In this document: positions 60,564 to 64,000 of the stretch, piece after piece
How the letters are laid out: each line of letters starts with the position of its first letter
Numbering within the stretch: position 1 is the first letter of the stretch
Source of the DNA: Octopus vulgaris
Taxonomy: Eukaryota
NCBI GenBank assembly: GCA_951406725.2
Contig: OX597818.1
Location: 15,376,001 to 15,440,000 of the forward strand
Direction of reading: 5' to 3'
Length of the DNA stretch: 64,000 nucleotides
The notes under the pieces: generated by a model
Databases searched by the model: none
What the model saw: the letters and a program-made list of their open reading frames with translations, nothing else
Told to the model about the DNA's origin: nothing
Program-made: the position numbers and the translations under genes

Positions 60564-62639
60564 ATGAAGTAAATTCAATTTATGATAAAAATTTGGAGTT
60601 TATTTTGATTAAAATATCAGTGTCATCAGAGCTGTCACCTGCTTTAGCATCTGTCACTGTCACCCACTCCCACTCTGCTGTTATACTCTTCTTTCCCCAC
60701 AAGCATGACCAACAAGACACACACATTGTGTTTTATTATATGTAAAATGATGTAACTTCAATTTGGCCTGACCTAGCAGATAGAGCTGTGATTAATGATA
60801 TTCAAGCTGTGAGCATCTCATCTTTTCAGGCATAGTGTTGCTTGGACAACATTATCCAATGTGAACTTTTATTTCTCAAGAACGTAAAGGGATTATAAAG
60901 AAACTTGGTTGCTATTTATAGCAAATCAATTATCTTTATGTTATGTTGTTGTTCTAAACATCATATTAAATCTGATTGAGCAAACCTACGAACAAAGGTA
61001 TTTGGGCCTGTGCCTCCCCCAGTTGTTTGTATATCTGGACTTATGTATATATATATATATATATAGTATATGAGACTAGAACACAAGCCAGACATTCATG
61101 CTTCATCTTCATCACTAAAACAGGACGTTGAGGATTTATATTGGTCTGGACAAGTTATCCAGCCACATGATGATGATGACTGTAATTACTAAAAAACTGT
61201 CAGAGCAGGGGCAGAATGTTCATCCTCATTGAGTAATCAAGGATAACATTCACTTGTTGTACTTTCTCTTTATTGTTATTTAGCTCCAAATCAACTCCAA
61301 TTAAACCAGACCTAAGATTGATCAAAGTCGTTCTAGACATAACCATCCCCTGTTAAGTCTACAACCACATTATTTAAAACAGCAGGGTGCTATTTGAAGG
61401 AGAATTGTTTGCTATTTCTAGCAGGAGGAGTGACTCTGTGGATGCTCTCTTGTTGGTTTATCCAGTACCATGATAATAGATGAAAGTGAAAGAACCTAAA
61501 TTTGTGAATATATCTTCAGTTATATTTGGAAAGATATAATTCAAGATGATTGCATCATTAATAAAAAAAAATATCCAACACTATCTCCAACTGTACAGTA
61601 CACAAGAGCATCTATAAAATTTGAAACCATAACTCCATTCAACTGGCCACCTAATAAAAATGAACATCATCATCATCATTATCATTTGACATCCATCATC
61701 CATGCTGGTTTGACGGGAGGTAGCAAACCAGAAGACTGCACCAAACTCCACTATCTGTTCTGGCATGGTTTTATGGCTGGATGCCTTCCTAATGCCAACC
61801 AATTTACAAAGTGGACTATAAAATAAATAAATGTGCCCTTTTAAAGCCTAGCCAGGCTCATGGGCCCGGTTTCAATGGCATATGTGTTCCCCAGCTGGAC
61901 AGGACGCCAGTCCATCGCAGCGTTACTCATTTTTGCCAGCTGAGTGAACTGGAGCAACGTGAAATGAAGTGTTTTGCTCAAGTACACAGTGTGTCACCCA
62001 GTCCAGGAATCGAAACCACAATCTTATGATCATAATGCTGACACCCTAACAACTAAGCCGCGTGCCTCCACAAAAAGTGGATTACCATTCATAAAATGTA
62101 TAGTGCATACATGCATACATATATATATGTGTTTATAAATATATACAAAAACAACACATCCAATAAGAACTACTGTATCTAACATTAAATTGATTAGAGA
62201 AAGAAAGGAAAGAGATGGATGTATAAAGAGAGGGAGAGATGGGGCTAGATTTCATTTAAAGAGAAAAATGGATAACTAGATAGAGAGAAAGTATGTGAAA
62301 AGGAAAGAGACACACACATCTTACATTTGTTTGTAACATGAGAAATTTTGAATATATTCTTGAAAGTATTTTTTAGTAGTTTATTCAGTGAAGGAAGGCA
62401 ATTCTCAGTCTCTTTTCAGGGTTCCCAGGCCGTTGGGAGAGAGAGCTTAGAAGTTATCCTTATGCTAAAATCCTGGCCCAAATACTTGAAATAGACTGGG
62501 TTTTACTAGAGGTATCCAAAGGCCTGATGATGGTTTTAAACTTGTTGGCAGACCATGTCAGTCAATGAGAAACAGGCACCATCACAGTTCTTGGTTTCAA
62601 CATGGTTTCCATTTATTGTATTTTAATTATACACTGCTT

Positions 62640-63630
62640 TGGTTGACAATGAATGACATAAGCGACACTTGCCTAAGTACTGCACAGTGGGATTGAACTT
62701 GGAACCACTTTGTTGTGGGTATGTGATAAGATTCAAAGCATTCAGCAGAACATAGCTTCAGTAATCTAATTTGTAATCTACTTTTAGATATAAAGATGAA
62801 AATTTAACTTTAAACTGATTAACTCAGTGTGTGTGTGTGTTGCACATATGCATTTTTGTGTGTTCATGTGTATACATATGCTTTGTGAATTCAAGTTTGT
62901 AAAATGGGTTCAAGACCAAAACTGTACAAAGACTTCACACTGTTTGTAAGCTAGTCACACACGAAAGTGAAACTATACAGAAGCCGAAATAATGAAGAAA
63001 AAATTGACAGGAAATGTTTGATATACAGTGAGGAGAGTATCAAGAAAACAAGGAGAAAAAAGTGTAGGGCAGAGGGTGAAATCATGAGGGTAAACCTTAA
63101 TAAGGGATCTTTTTGTCATTCTATTTTATTACTGACATAGTTAGAATCAAAGATTTTTAAAATCCTGAATTAAGTTTTACTAAATGGCTAAGTTTTGTAA
63201 TGCAGCACACTAGTTCTTTTTTGTGTTTTTATTCCTGAACTATTCTGCACCATATATCATCATCTGTCATATTCATATACTTCCTAAGAGAAACCCATCG
63301 CCCTGCCAGAGTAGTACCACTCACCTTAAGAACGACATGTTTAGAATGAAATTATATTTGGTTTATATTTAATGATAGCTGAAAGTTTGTTTGACTAATG
63401 AATATGGTAAAAGACACTTGTTTACGGTACAACACAATAGGATTGAACCTGAATCCACTTAATTGTGGAAATGTGATAAGATTCCAAACATCCAACAGAA
63501 CATAGCTTCACTGGTCAAATTTCTAATGTGTGGGTGTGCATGTGTATATATGTAAGAGTATATATATATGTTCTCATGAGTATGCTTATTCAAGTTTGTA
63601 AAATGGATTTTACACCAAAATTCAAAAGTT
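62640..63630. repeat. Local tandem duplication (~750-bp period)
   Basis: gacacttg...ggattgaac...ccactt...atgtgataagattc...agaacatagcttca...ttcaagtttgtaaaatgg occurs at ~62640-62935 and ~63390-63630. Confidence 0.8.
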
Positions 63631-64000
63631 CTAAAAACATTTTATACAAACAGTCTAACTAAAACAAACATAGAGATGGCACCACACCTTAAATTCAAAA
63701 TTACAGAAACTGAATTTAGAGTTAATGAAAAGGAAATTCATAACAAAACTTATAGAAACAGATTAAATATGTTTACTGTTAATATACTCACCAAACCAAA
63801 CCCAACATGCACATTACTGTAAGTGATTTATTAAGTATGGTGTTATGTACCAAAATAATGAAATGGTAATAGGATAAAACAGAAACATTTGTGAATGAAA
63901 TTATAGAAAATAAAAATCCCAGAAATCTCATGCAATTTAATAAAATTATAAACAGCTGGCTTGAATATTCCAAAGAAGCATTTCCTGCACCAGGAGAAAA

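Noticed and set aside
62520-62580. CTGATGA...GAAAC hammerhead-like spacing
   Set aside because: There is no NUH triplet with stems I and III after GAAAC.
63325-63378. 54-nt - strand segment with good acceptor and gtgagt donor
   Set aside because: It has stop codons in all three frames.

Overview
This is eukaryotic, AT-rich DNA dense in microsatellites and repeats. The SINE, RTE and mariner complement resembles coleoid cephalopod (Octopus-like) genomic sequence; that assignment is inferred. Most ORFs in the supplied track are microsatellite artefacts. Reading splice sites by hand gives the 3' part of a + strand single-pass immunoglobulin-superfamily receptor gene (11 coding exons, 6545-44864). 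It comprises a membrane-proximal Ig exon, a TM exon, eight microexons of 25-50 nt with strictly alternating phases (1->2, 2->1), and a 14-nt terminal coding segment. The ~109-aa cytoplasmic tail carries six tyrosines, including EPIYAEI-G-YIDM, EYLSP and VYLNP. The last two come from a visible tandem duplication of a microexon pair. A probable convergent gene ends on the - strand (57901-58132). Introns and intergenic DNA hold a near-intact mariner, Tc1/maT/Helitron/RTE remnants, four SINE-like families, many fold-back elements, and several Penelope-type minimal hammerhead ribozyme motifs, one enclosed by 120-bp inverted repeats.
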